Source: Basidiobolus meristosporus CBS 931.73
Taxonomy: Eukaryota; Fungi; Basidiobolomycota
Length of the DNA: 64,000 bases
Reading direction: 5' to 3'
Assembly: GCA_002104905.1 (NCBI GenBank)
Contig: MCFE01000075.1
Location: forward strand, 1 to 64,000
In this document: in pieces, positions 10,248-27,518 of the stretch
Numbering within the stretch: position 1 is the first letter of the stretch
How the letters are laid out: the number at the start of each line of letters is the position of its first letter
Translations under genes and position numbers: made by a program
Notes under the pieces: model-generated
What the model saw: only the letters and a program-made list of their open reading frames with translations
Database searches by the model: none
What the model was told of the DNA's origin: nothing

Positions 10248-13200
10248 CTAGTCCTCATCGTCCAGTATTAATGCTCGGCCCCTTCTTGTCCGTCTCGGGG
10301 TGCCTTCATCCAGTCCCTCGTTGCCAGCATGGGGATTCACAGAATCGAACTCGAAATCCTGCGGCTCAGTCTGAGGTGCACCGGCCATTTGGCCCCTTGT
10401 AGATCTAGTATTGCGTCTCGCATTTCCACGTTGGTGGACATTCGGGGATGTCTCTTGGTACTCATCATCACTATCTGACATAACTTGGCTTCTTTTCTTG
10501 CGTCTGGTAGGTGTCTGGCCGTTTGGCTTTTGCTTTTTACGCCCCTTCTGGCGAGAGACCAGCTTACGCTTGTTGCTACAGAACGAAACTTTCATGAGTT
10601 AATGGTACAATTTAAAGGGTGTTTCTGTCCTCCATACCGAGCTACTGGGATCTCCTCCTCCGCTGTATCATCGTCATCGAAATCTTCATCATCTGGGAAG
10701 TCCACCTCGTCAGGAAGATCTTGATCAGCAAGCTCTTCATCTCCTTCATCAGCCTGATATTCATCTTCAGAATCATCATCAGAATATCTGGTCACACGTG
10801 CCCGGCGTTTAGTTGCTGCTTTGATGGGCGAAGGAACGGCCGATGCCGTCAGCAACTCCCTGAACTCCTCAACCAACCGCTTAGCCAATTTGGTAATTGG
10901 CGCGTTTGGTAGATTGAACGTGGCGGCATTGCTGCTGATCAATCCTACATCGAACAAAACTGCCTCACTCCGTCGATAGAAATTCTGGGCGACTCTCTCC
11001 AGAACCATTTCAAAGCACATGGGGTAAGGAATGAGCTGAAGATAGGCCGGATATTGTTTGAAATCCACATGTTCTCTGAATGGCTCAGAGTCGGTCTTTG
11101 ATAGTATGTATTCCAACACCTTGGTGATGTGAGCGACCTCATCGTTTGGTAGCTTTTCTATCTCAGCCAAGTCCTGAGGGTAATTCGCTCGATACAATTC
11201 CCAGGGACTGTGGGTTTGAGCAGACTCGTCTGTGGAATCCCATTTCACTACAAACCGCCGCCATGGACTGGCCGTGTCGCTTGCATCCAGGGAAATAATG
11301 CCTGATGTCTCTTTGTCATTGTAAACTGTTAGCACCTCATCTCCAACCTGAAGATTTTGCTCCATTCCCGATTTGTACTGGGACAATAAAATGACAAAAT
11401 CCGGTATTGTCGAGATATTGTGATACTCAATCTTGATGGTTTGCTCGGTAGGACTAAGGTTGGTAGATGCTGGTAGAAACGGCACTACGTACTCAGTCGT
11501 ATCGAGCACATCCACGCTCAAGGTACACCAAGTGGGTGGGCCAACGTAGTAGTCAATGCCGGTAATCCTACCAAATGTGACTGCACCCAGCTCAGGGTTG
11601 GTAACCCATGGATACCCTTGTTCGTTGAATTTTTCGAGAAGTGGCGTATGCTCCAAATATTCTCTGTGACCTGGGAGAATATACGCAATAGTGTCACCAA
11701 TTTGAGGAACATACGGACTAACATTGGGTCTAGTGGACGAAATCCAATCGCTTCTGACATACTTCACTGCATTTGCTGAATCTGAGGAGGACTTTTTTAC
11801 CAATTTCTTCCTACGTTTTGGTCGCTCATTATCCTCGGAATTGCTGGCCTGTGCCTCTGCCACTGCCTCGTGTTTTGAAGACCCTTCACCAGGATCGTTT
11901 TGAGTGGATTCTTCAAAATCGTCAGATTCCTCCGATTGGCTTGATGATCCCGACTCGAATTCACTGGAGTTTAATTCTTGGTAACTGACGTGCTTACTAC
12001 GTCTGGTACGTTTTCCAACTTCACCTGATTTACTGGAAGCTTTACGTTTTTGTTTTTTACGCGTGGATTTGACTTTACGCTTTTGAGCCTTCTGCGCGGA
12101 TCTCCTTGTTTGAATTCTACTGTTTGATTCTTCTTCCTCTTCCTCTTCCTCTTCCTCCTCTTCTTCATCCTTCACAACAAAATCTCTGAGGCCGTCATCA
12201 TCGTTTCTCTCCAGAAAATCCTCCCTTTCAACAGCACAATCCATCGAACCATCCGACTCGGACTCTGCTTCTGCCTCCTCCTCTGTATACTCCTCGTCGT
12301 CGTCATCATCTGGCAGTGGTATAATGGGGATATCTATCGTCATGGGGTCGATATCGTCGTCGTCCGAGTCTTTAATCATCTTACTTCGGCGCTTGTAGAG
12401 TTGCTTTTTGTCAAGAGCTTCAGGAATGTGGCTGGTTTGGGCTGGAGTCAATTGTTTCACTTCGTTCGTTAAAAGTGCCAGCTTCAGATGACGTTCATGC
12501 TCAAGCTCTTCAGGCGGAAGGCCCACTGGGAAGTCAAAGCCGTATTTGACCCCCTTTTGATGGACATATTCACGGCCATCGAAATCGAAAATGGGTGATC
12601 GCTCCATTAGATGAGGCGCCAATTGGGTTTGCTCATCCACCACAAAAAAGTTCACATCTAGTCTGATAGGAAGGTAATCGGACCAGAACATTTGCTCCTT
12701 GAATTGCCGAACATGCTTATATGGTTCAATGGGTTGGCCTGCACCAAATAACAGGCATACTCCTTGATGATCAGTCACGGCAAACAAGAAGCCATCCTCC
12801 GACATCCGGATATCCAAGAACTGGCGCTCCGGATAATGAAAGCTATTCAATTGGTTTCCTGAGAAGATATCCCACATGATGATTTGCCCATCGTACCCGG
12901 CACTCAGGAGTATTCTGGAGTCGACAGTATGTGTTGCTAAAGCGTAAACCTCGGCAGTGTGTTTCCTCAGCGTATGAACCAATTCACCGGTACGTGATTC
13001 AAAAACCCGGATAGCCCCGTCCGTTCCGGAAACGATGGCGTATACGTCGTTAAGACTCCAACTAACCATGGCCACTTTGTTCTTCTTGTGGTGAGCAGCT
13101 CGGCCACGCCCTCGCTGTACATGAGAATCTGGGTTTGGTTCTTGCAACAGATTGGATGGGTTGTTTTCAACACCTGCTTCAGGGACGGTGGCCTCTACAG

Positions 13201-15183
13201 TAATACCATTGACTACACCTGTGTTGTTGGGCTCCTGATATATTACTTCGGTAGATCTTTCCGCTCCACTGAGTGGAGGTAGCTGGGATACCGGTTGAGG
13301 CGACGTAGCAGTAGTTGTAATAGAAACCTGTTCACCGGTAAGAGCTGTGAGTGTATCCGGTTGCTCCTCCTCCTTTAAATCATCTCGCACATCCAATATA
13401 ATCGAAGACCAGCTGTTATGAGCTGAGTCGAATGACCAGACCCGGGCTGTGCCGTCAATAGAGCCTGTTAAAATTTGCTTGCCGCTATGGCTGTATATGA
13501 GAGTTGTTACACATCCTTGATGGCCATCAAGCTGCGCCGTTAGCCGAGGCTCAGCCAGGATAGGAAAACGAGATTGAATCGACGAGATAAGATTTGCGCT
13601 CTCCTCACTAGACATTGCACCCATTGCATTCTCACTAGGATGGATGGTCGATATAACTCTAACGAATCCATCTGTACCGGCCACAGCGAATTGTGTTCCA
13701 GTTTTGTTAAAGCTGCAGCAACGTGCTTCATCTCTAGCCAAAGTTTTGCAATCAATAACGTATGGGTCTGGATCAAAGATATTCTTGTCAGAATTCCACT
13801 TCCATATTCTTGAGTAGCCGTCATCGCTAGTGGCTAATAGATATCGATTTTCTGCTATTGGCGATGGAGAAAACATAACGTTGGTAAAGGCTTTGCGCTA
13901 GAAAATGCAAATCAGTTAAAATGAAATTTGGAGTTTAAACATTCAGTGATTCTTACTCCGGTTCCCACGTTACCACGAAGAACTGCGATCGGTTCACCGT
14001 TTGCCAATGCCCAGATTCTCACTACACCATCTTGAGAGGCTGTAGCAAGCATTGTGTTTCCAGGATTGATAGCAAGGTCAGTAATAACGTCAAGGTGACC
14101 TCTCAGAGTATATATCAAGTACCCCGTCCGTGCGCACCATATTTTAACTAGGTAGTCGTCACTTCCCTTTGCCATAGAATGTTTAATAGCTGGTGATATA
14201 TACAATGCAATTTGTTCATCTTACGGTGATAACTCGTAGCCCAGCTCTATCAAAAAGGACACAATAAACTGGGTATTTATGGCCTTGCATCGGAACCAAC
14301 TACAAGAGAGACGTATTAGTACTCTACCAGCCTAGGAATACAACTATATGCGGATAATAACCTCTGAATACTGTGAATGGAGATATCTGGACGGCTCGGT
14401 AGCTATACGAGGAAGATTCTCGATCTGCCGTGTGAATATATTGACACCTACAGCACAAGCACCCCTTCGTGTTAACCGGTGAAACCAAACTCAAATCAAG
14501 TACTGAAGGATTCCTACTTGCACCAGATTTAGCTAGACCAGGGAAATGGCGCCACCTGTGTTGCTTGCGCCGCTTTTCATTGCTTCGCCACTCAGGATTG
14601 TGTATGGAGTGCTCACGCATAACAGAGCCTTCGTTTTCACCGAGGACAGTATTCAAGCCGGTAGTAGGGGGTGAGATTAGCGTGTCTGTATTTTTTATGA
14701 GCCGCTCTAGTAGATCGTATAAAAACGTGGAAGGTAGCTGTGAATGTTTTTTGGTCTAGGTTGGAAAATCATCTTGTTAGAAGCCTGCATAGAAGTTGTA
14801 TTCTTGTTGGAGTGGGTATTTCTCAGGAATATATCAAGTCTACTGACCAGCTCGAAGACTGATCTTGGTCGTGGATTTCCTTTCCAGTCATACCGGATCG
14901 GAAGTAGGTCAGGCATATTGTTTATATCTTCAAGCAAAGCCTTCGCAGCATTTTGGCAAGGACCACTGGCCAAAAAACGCGCTATTAAGAAATAAATCTA
15001 AAATACAGCAGTGTCAACCAGAAGAAGAGAGCCTTTGTAAAAATAACGCGTTTACCTCTATTGTACAGTGATGAGGATTTTGGAAGATTTAGATTATGTT
15101 GAGTTAATTAGCCTGTGTCTACTAGGGAAAGAAACAAGAAACAATTGCGTTGTAGACGAACCTCGAGCTAGATTCGGGTCCAT
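10248..15183 (-). CDS. BRWD1/PHIP: BRWD/PHIP-family WD40 + bromodomain protein, multi-exon
   Basis: N-terminal IYFLIARFLASGPC and LLPIRYDWKG; WD40 GHKYPVYC..GSDDYLVKIW; YVPQIGD region; bromodomain SEPFREHVD..YPAY...PMCF...IxxNAATFN; last exon 10575-10248. Confidence 0.9.
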
Positions 15184-15495
15184 ATATACGGTTGGACCTT
15201 TTGCAAAACCTACGAAACAACAAAGTATCTAGGAACCTAAAGTGTCTTGAGTAGAGGTAATCACTACCACCCTACCACCCAATTCCCGTATATCATCTTA
15301 ATCATTCTCAAATCAATTCATCCGACAGAATTTGTTGGGTGTTCAGAGAACATTAAAACATTCCCATAATATATATTTATTCAGCTAATCAGGATGATAA
15401 ATAAATAGCTGATCAAAATAATAAATACATACACTCAGCAATCTAGCGAGCAGCTTATTAACACTAAGGTTTGGGTGGAGAATAATGGTGCTTGG

Positions 15496-16688
15496 CTAAT
15501 TGAGCTGTTGATTGTGAAGCTTTGATGATGTTAGAGATGATTCGTAAATTGAATAGTGATGAGTAGACCCATACCTGCTCATTCTCGCTTATGAGATCAG
15601 TGACGGCCGCCCGTAACTGTTGCACTTCGTTTTGCGACTCTGTGTATTTGGATTCGTACTGTTCTGATTCCAACAACTGATTTTGCAATGTTTCGATCAT
15701 TCCATTTTGGTCCTCCAATTCTATGAGTTGAATCTCAGAAGCGTCGAGAGATACTGCCGCTTCGAGGCGACGTTTATGCTCTTCCAAAGTCTCCTCGCTC
15801 ATTTCCAGCTCTCTTTTGACCTTGGTCCATTCCGATTTTGGAACATATTTGCTCTGCATCTGCGTTAATTTATCTTGCAGCTCTTGAATTTTAACAGCCT
15901 CCTGATCAATCTCTTCTGAATGAATTTGCTCTTGCATATAAAGCTGTAGTCTGGCCTTGATGTCATCGATGACCCTGTGGAGACGTTGTTGATGGGTTTT
16001 AAGAGAAGGATTGCCTTGGATGGCCTCGAAGACAGAATCAATCTGGCTCATCTCTGCTGTGATGCTACGGATCACCTCGTCACAATACGCCTTGCGAAGA
16101 CTTTTACCATTTTCGCATTTTTTGATTCTGGATGGAGTCTCTGGATGGATGTTTTCCTATGAGTTGTTAGTCAGTATAAAGAATGAGAACTGAATTGATG
16201 TTCAAGTGTCAAACCTTATCTCCATCGACGTTCTCACCCGCCCGTGGGGCTCTCGGCGTAAATCTCCTTGGCGTGTCATGTTTAAGGGCATTGGTCCGCA
16301 GGGGGCTTTTCTGAAGCGACTAAAATTGACAGGTTGTTGAGAACCCGATGTCTGATTCAAGCAAAAAGCGCCAACTCACCTTGGGTATTTTGATTGCTTT
16401 GTTCTTGGTCTGAAGTTTCTTTGAGAGCGTCCCCTAATATAAAGGTTAGCGAGTGATACAGAGAAACAGGAAGGAGCACACGAAGAATACCGAAGTTATG
16501 TTCTGCGCTTGAGTTTTATCCTGAAGAGGTTTCTGTGGTTTTTTCTGAATAAGGAGTGAGCAAACAGAATAGAATCGAGAAGAGGCTTTCGCGTTATTAC
16601 GTACAGTCAACTTGGCTTTTATGGCATCAGTGTTGGGAACATTGATGCTGGAAGCCCGACGGTTTTCATACTCAAGTGGATGTGTCAT
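15496..16688 (-). CDS. Hypothetical protein: basic N-terminus plus long C-terminal coiled coil, 6 exons
   Basis: Four short phase-0 exons from ATG 16688 join the heptad-rich E/Q/K/L ORF (16075-15464); final intron gtatgg...aaag gives LHNQQLN* with stop at 15496. Confidence 0.7.
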
Positions 16689-16961
16689 TTGTACAGAGGC
16701 AAAAGGGATGTTGTCTTTTGTTTATCTAAATTGATTATTCATTTGGTAATTAACGTGTTTATCCTATTAGATCATACGCGTGAAAGAAAGATAAACAACG
16801 AAAATCACTCGAAAATTTACTCGCGTACTCATGTAATAAATTGATTGATGGGCAAACCGAGAAAAATGACGAAATCGAGAAATTCCATAATTAATGAATA
16901 ACGATTAATAGCACCAAGTGTTTATTACGGCAAATTAAATAAATATGTAACGCACACTGTT

Positions 16962-19900
16962 CTACATTGACGGGGTGTAGCCGAAGTTGCTAGCAGCGTA
17001 GCCGGTCTGATCAGCCGGATATCCATCTGGAAGGCTGTCGGCAATCTTTCTTTCGTTGATTCGTTGGCTTATGATATACGGTCTGACGAGGAGGTTGGCA
17101 TTAGTATTTTTCCAGACGGGTGCGAATTACATGGAAACTTACAGAGATCCTGAGGTGTATTTGCGCATGGCTTGCTGGCGTTGCTTCTCGTTCAACCTGG
17201 ATCTAGGAAGGGCGTCATCTCTGACAAACACAATTGTGTCTATCAAGAATTGGTGCTCATCAAGAATAGCATCTACAATCAATGGGATCAATCCTAAGGC
17301 TAGATGCTCGTATGATTGCTGGATCTGAATGACTGCCACCACTTCCTCGTCAAGTGTCTTGAACACAATGCTAGATAGGCTATGAGTGGTGGTTGCTAGG
17401 TAAATGAAAAAGCAAAGTACTGACCTTCCCTCAGGGATGATCAACTCGTGTGATTTTTCGATGGTGTTCTCTACATCAATGGGGTAGTGGGTGAGATCAT
17501 TCACATCAAACGTGTCATCGATTGAGCCGAGAACGAAGAGAAGGGGATCATCCTCCGACTGATTTGGATCTGCATACAAGAAGCCTAAATCCCCTGTACG
17601 CACATAATTCATCTCTGGATCGCCGTTTTCGATATGAACCATATACCGCTCGGCGTTGACTGCATCAGACCCACCACGGCCATTACACTCACTAGATACC
17701 CAGATCTCTCCGATCTCTCCAGAATAGCAAATCTTTCTGGTTACCGGATTTACAATCGCGACCAAAGTGTTTCGCGGAACCTGCAGAGGTCTACATTAGT
17801 AATAGTCGCAGCCAAAGTAGAGATCGCAGCGCTACCTTGCCAGAATCGTGAAGCATAATACTAAACGGCGAATCGCTCTCCTCCACCACAACAACCTTGC
17901 CCCTTCTCAAGCTCTTGGGATCAAGGAAGATCTGGAGCGGTTCGGATTTGAGATACGATCTGGTGCTCACCATAGGGTTGGCACTAGTTCCATACAAGGT
18001 CACGACCGCCGAATGCTCCAGTCTGTTTGCAAGGAAGGCTTTCACCACGCTTTCGTCTACGGATTGGTGTTGAGCAAGAGCAACTTAGAGCGATGGGATG
18101 TGGCGAATCTTACGTATTTCTGGACTAGGACGACCTTCGGACGGGATGAGAAGGTTATGAACCTGGCTCAAGGAGAACGTTTTGTAATCGCCACTGCCCA
18201 TATATGCCATAGCGTGCTGCAGCATTGGGGTGGTCGCGAATGCGTCTTTAACTAAATTCGGTTGAGCGGTTAGGTACATGTTCGTGGAGAAGCAACAGAA
18301 GCCTAATTCTTACCTTTGTACTTGTACACAACCTCAAACCATACCTGAGGGTTGGAGAAGAAATCTGGTGGGGCAATCAAGAGGCTCGTGCATCCTTGAA
18401 AAAGCGGAAGTCTGAGTTTTCCAGGCGTAACTGGTGCTAGAAGACAGAGATGTACATACCTACAAAAATCCCCATCATTGTTGCCTGCATAAATCCAAAG
18501 CCGTTGAACGTTCTGGCACAGGATATCAACGGTCTTCCCGAAATCATTTGGAAGATGGATTTTTGAAGCTGACAGTGAGCGATCACTGCATGGTGTGTGA
18601 GGCGAACAGAAGTGCGCTTCATGTCTGGGCTCATGTACGATAATATCAAGGCAGTGCTGTTCGGTTGGAGCCATTGCTCTCTGCCCTTAAAGCTACCATC
18701 TTGTCCCAACATTTTGCTAGTTTTAGGGGCTTTGGTGGTGTTGAAAATGTAGGGGAAGCGTAGGTTTGGATAGTAGGAACGCAAATAGGACTGAACCTGC
18801 TTTCCGCTCATCAACTCTTCAGTGGTTGTGTTTACCAAGATGCTCTTGACTCTAAATTCTTGGATAACCTCAACCAACTCGACAAAGTCCTCGTGAAGTC
18901 GCGTCACGTCTGGTTGTGCAAGTGGAATGGGTATGAGGCCACATACTAAACAGGCATGAACAGCAACGATGAAGTCCAGCCCATGTGGGAAGATCAAGAT
19001 CACATAATCCCCGGATTTCAGCCCTCTTTTTTCAATCAAGTAGTACGCTAAAGACGATATCTTTCCATTTAGCTTTCTGAAAGTGATCGACTTGACTTCG
19101 CGTCCCTTCAAGTCCAGTGTCACAAATGCTCTGTCCTCCGGAGTCATAGACGATCTCCAGATAAGTATATCGGTGATGTTTTGGAATTGGACCAAATCCG
19201 TTCCCGTTCGCTCATCTATAACGTTAAAGATAGGCTCTAATCTTGTGCATTGCGGTACCTTCGGATTAGCCGGGTTTTCCATATTAGTATCTAGATCCCA
19301 AGGTGTTAGAGGCTGGAAGCATAACATAGAACCAAGTAAAGGCTGGCGCTACCATAAACGTCATCTCCGTCTAGTGTAGGAAGGGTGGACAGCAGGTCGC
19401 TCACCGAGAATTTAAGCATGGCTATTCTTAGCTTTCCGTTGCGGAAATGCTTTCTGCAGAGTTCGGTGTTTATGGTGTATTTTCCATTTCTTAGAGATCG
19501 TGGGAGAGTGCTCGGAAGGCAGACAGCTATGCAATAAAGATTCAACTGGTAGAAATCCAATACAAACTGGTGTAGACGCTCCAAGAATGCAGTATACTGC
19601 TCCTTAGGGAGGTTGCTCTCCAAGACCAACACGGGGAGATTCTCTTCATTGGCATAGTGGTTGAAGATTGCACTACGAACAAGCACGATAGGTGAGCCAC
19701 TTGGAAATGGTAATCCGAAAGGAACCTCTTACCAAACATCAATGGCATCGATGTATGTCTTGATGGTATTGATCATATCAGGAGTATAATGATACTTGTA
19801 TTTCACCACGCTGATGGATCTTGTATTTGAGCCTTCGGTAATCATCGAATCATACACCTTTTGTCTAATTCTCTGCTCATAGAGACCAAATATGACCAGC

Positions 19901-22696
19901 TTCCCGTTAACCAGGGTCCCCATCAGACCGGTTCTCAAGAACTCTTGCTCGATTGGCTTCGGAACCTCTTCCCGACTGGAGAAGTAGAGTGGCTGAGCAT
20001 GGAAAATACTACGGGTTAGCTTTGGGAGGGCCCAGAAACCACCGCTTAACGCTGGGGAATCGATCCAAACTTCTCCAATAACATTAGGTGCGCATAAAAC
20101 CTTCGTATCAGGATCGACAATTGCAATGGTAGCTAAGCAAGGCGCAATGTTAGATTCGTTTTGCGTAAAAGCGTCTTGGCCTTACATACCTTGGGGCATT
20201 GCGTAGCCGAACGGCTCAACCCATAGGGTGTCCTTAGGATCCCATCTGGAGAAGTTGTCTTGGCAAGTGTCCAAGATTTTCAAGGTGTTGGCCCTGAGCG
20301 CGTCCCGATCGATAAGACAATTCCACACATCTCTCTCCCCTTCCTCAGCTTGCGACTGAGTGTTCTTCGGGAGATAGTCACGGAAACTTAGGATCATGCC
20401 GCCATGTTCAGGCAAACTGCACATGGGAGTAATCACCCGCTGCGGATACCGGCAACCAAATGGCGTTAGCAGGAACTCTGCAATCTCCGTATTGAAATAC
20501 GGATCAACGTTGAAGGTGTCGATAAGCAATAGACGCAGGTTCGAAAACTCAAATTCTTGCTTCTTGTTGTAGCTTAGGGAGTTATCGTTCTCTTTGCGGA
20601 AGGACGATATCACTGTGGCAAGCCCAGTGTAATCGGCTACACCGATAGTGGCTAAGAATCAATGGAAGCAATCCTATTAACAACCGGCAGTCACGAAAGG
20701 GGCGATGAAACTACTCACTAACCTCGGTATCTGGTCATGCATCCCATCCATAACCCAGGGATCTCAAGGGCAGTGCTACTACTTACGCAAACGGTATAGT
20801 TGCCGCAGTATATACCAATGAAAGCAGTAAGAACAAGTCCAACCTGCATTCTAGGCTCAATGGCATTTACAAGTGTATCTCCAGAGCACTTGGCTGCTGC
20901 CTTGAATGCGGCACATTGAGCCATGATGGTCATGTGACTAATCCCGACACCCTTCAACTCGCCGTTGGGACTTTTAGAGTATTCGATATACGCTAGATCC
21001 GTAGGCTCGATGGGGGAGTTTTTCTCTGAGTAGTTTTGCTTGCGATGAAGACTTCCCAGATCATTGGTCTTGATCCACTCCAACGATGTAGGCCATTCGT
21101 CCCGATGGTTTTGAAGATCCCGTGTTAACGCTTTGATGTTGAGCTCTGTAGATAAAACCAAGGCCGTTCTTGTAGTTTTCAAGATGAACACGACCTCGGC
21201 TAAACTATCGGTGTTCACTATCGGGACCGCAACTGCTCCAACGAAAAAGCAAGCAAAGAGCGCCGAGATGTAATCCAGAAATTCCGATTTGCGATAAACC
21301 AAACCGATTCTATCTCCTTTGCGGATGTTGGATTTGCTCTTGAGCAGCTGGGAGATCTTTTCGGCTCTCCCAACAAGCTTCTCCCACGTGTAGGCGCCAA
21401 TATCTTTACCCTTGGTGTCCAATACGCTATACGCTACATTCCGGGGTGTGTGGGCAGCGCGGAAACGCAAAACACTTGGGATTGTTCCAAACGTGTCTAA
21501 AGATACATTCGAGTCCCCGTCATATAGAGTGAAAGGGATCTGTCTCGGCATAGATGGTAGTGCTGGCAACTCATCGACTTCCGATTTGGGTGACCGTTCC
21601 TCTGCACAAATGTTCTCAAATTCACGACTTTCTGTAAACAGTAAATTAAGGCATTTCAATAAATAATCCCTTCTCGATGTTGAACAAATGAATGTAACAC
21701 ACACACACCTTCTGAGTGCAACCTCATTTGGTCAAATTTCTCATGCAACGGGGGTGTATCGTGGGGAGGATATCCACTAGATACGGGGCTGGCGGAGGTA
21801 TACGCATTACCGAATACAGGATTCTCACTAGCACCTCCAGGGCCATCGACGACTTGGTTCATAGCAGGCGGTGAATCATTGGCTTTATCGTAGTAGTGGT
21901 AGTTGCCTGGAGCTGCCGACGCGTTAGATGCAAAATCAGTGCTGTATTGTTGTGTTGGGTGCGGTGAGTAGCTTTGAGTTGAATTATCTGATCGACCAGA
22001 GATTTGCGAGAGACGGTTGAGATCTAGCCCGCTGTTTGGAGATCTTGTTTGCAAGTTATATGATGTAGGAGAGGTTGGTGACGCAGGATTCGCTGGCTGT
22101 TGAAGCGTCTCGCCTGGGAGTGAGTACCCCGAGCCCGAGCTGTAACGATGCTCAGAAGGATGTGGATAGGCAGGCACCGTCTCATGAGGAATTATATTGA
22201 CTTGAACCCTTCTATCTACATTTCCCTCTGCCCCATATGGGAGCCCACTGGTGGCTGTCTGAATAGGTGGGTATTGCGGCCTTGGTATATTAGGATCATA
22301 TCCGTAAGGATCGTAGTTGTCATAAGGCGGGTAGGGTTTCGAGTATGGTGCGGATTGGAAATGCTCAACAGCAGTGGCTGCTGGATATGGGTAGCTGTTA
22401 TTTCTAGACAAATGATTGTCTGGATAATTGGGAGCCTCGTTGCTGGCTCGTACCCCTGAGGGATATTGTTGTTGAGGAGGAGGAGGAGCTCCGTATGGAT
22501 ACTGTTGGGGATACTGGTATTGATACTGGTAATTAGAACTTCCTGCCGAATTAAGTCCTCCAGGAGATGTTGGTCCAACTTGACTACCGCTTGTATAGAT
22601 GGGTTGTGTTTGAATATTAAAGGGTCTTTGGGTATCGCGAGTAGCACCCGAATTAGGCCCAGAGTTTCCTGACAGGCGTACGCGTTGATAATCCAA
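16962..22696 (-). CDS. DIP2: DIP2/CMR2 (CPS1-like) protein with tandem fatty-acyl-AMP-ligase-like domains, multi-exon
   Basis: Two AMP-binding modules: LAYIEYSKSPNGELKGV, IGEVWIDS, RTGLMG, GEIGEIWVSS, RTGDLGF, HYPIDVENTIE. First exon is P/Y/Q/S-rich; last exon ends ...YTPSM* at 16962. Confidence 0.9.
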
Positions 22697-23613
22697 AAGA
22701 ATCTGATTTCTTTTTTTGTGGTAACCTTTTTGTGTTATATCGCCATCAGCGAGCTCGCGCTCCAGCTGAGCTAGTTGCTGGCGTATTGCAGCAGGGAACT
22801 CATGGTGAGCCTCTATTCTCGGGTTCCATTGTTAGCCCAGACTGAGATTTACTTTACTCTGTAAAAGGAAAGGTTAGAGCCATTTCGTATTACTGATTTC
22901 CAGATGTATACGCAGATATGCCAGGAAAGTGGGGCCTGTTCAGCTCAACAAAAGTACCTATTCGCATATTCTCTTGATTTTATATTTCAGGATCTATTCT
23001 AATGTGCGTACCTTAGAAGCAATTACAAGGGAGACGTTATCCAGCAAGGAGAAAAGGCCAAGCTTGGTCCAACCGATTATTGAATCACGAAAATGCCAGT
23101 CTATGGTGATAGGTTGATGCAATACAAATTACTCAAACGATCGCCAATAATAGCTCACTCTACGGAGCTCTGGTTCCTCCTCACCCTGCAATAATCAAGG
23201 AAAGATGCAAATAATGCAGTATATTCTGCTTAGGGTAAGACAAATTGTTTAAAATGAGGCCATGCGAATATTGGAATATTCATCATTCAGACAACTTGCA
23301 TATGTACAAATGTGTCTAGACATATAAGACCAGCAAGAACCCATACATAGTACATGATGAATAGGTCAGGCCTTGGAGTGTATAGCTCACGGGCAAAACG
23401 TAATTACTGTACGGAGGGATATCTAGAGCAGCGCCATCTAGTTCATTCGTGCTGTAGTAAGCTGGATTGATATACGGGCGAAGTGACATCTAATAACATG
23501 TATGAAATGTATGGTTCATCGAATTTATTGGGCTTAATTTGGAAATGCCATGTAGAATGGATTTCGCGTTGGATATTTACTTTTCACCCACTAACTTGTA
23601 AGTGAACACCAGG

Positions 23614-26988
<3,375 letters not shown>

Positions 26989-27518
26989 ATATTCTTAACA
27001 TCCCAAATCTACACTCCTTCGATGTATACTTATATCTGTGACTCAATAAATTGAACAAGCTACATGCAGATTAGATCGCTGGGCTTTATCAGCATTGGCC
27101 TCTCAAATTTGAAGTGATTTGGTGAAAATATCAAATAAATGAATCACAATTGTCAAATCCCTTTGTATACAATCCATTTTACTCGACAAGACGATATTTT
27201 CATGCCGAATTGGGGTGCAATCCAATTGATCTAATTTAGTACATCGTCACTACCTAACCATGTAGCTTACTAGTGTTGATAAATTACCCTGTAAGTGAAG
27301 GTATAACGTATTAGTTAACTACACTGGTGTTTGGGTATACACGTCTCACCAAGCCCAATGTTCCTTTGAGTGGCTTCTAAATCCCATCAGTCTACATCAA
27401 GCAACATACATCCATAATATCAATATAGATTATTTTTCCAACCCTTGATTCCAGGTATTTGAAACTACGCGAGTTATCCCCTTTCATCCTATAGTCTTTT
27501 ATCCTTTCCAGTGCGGCC

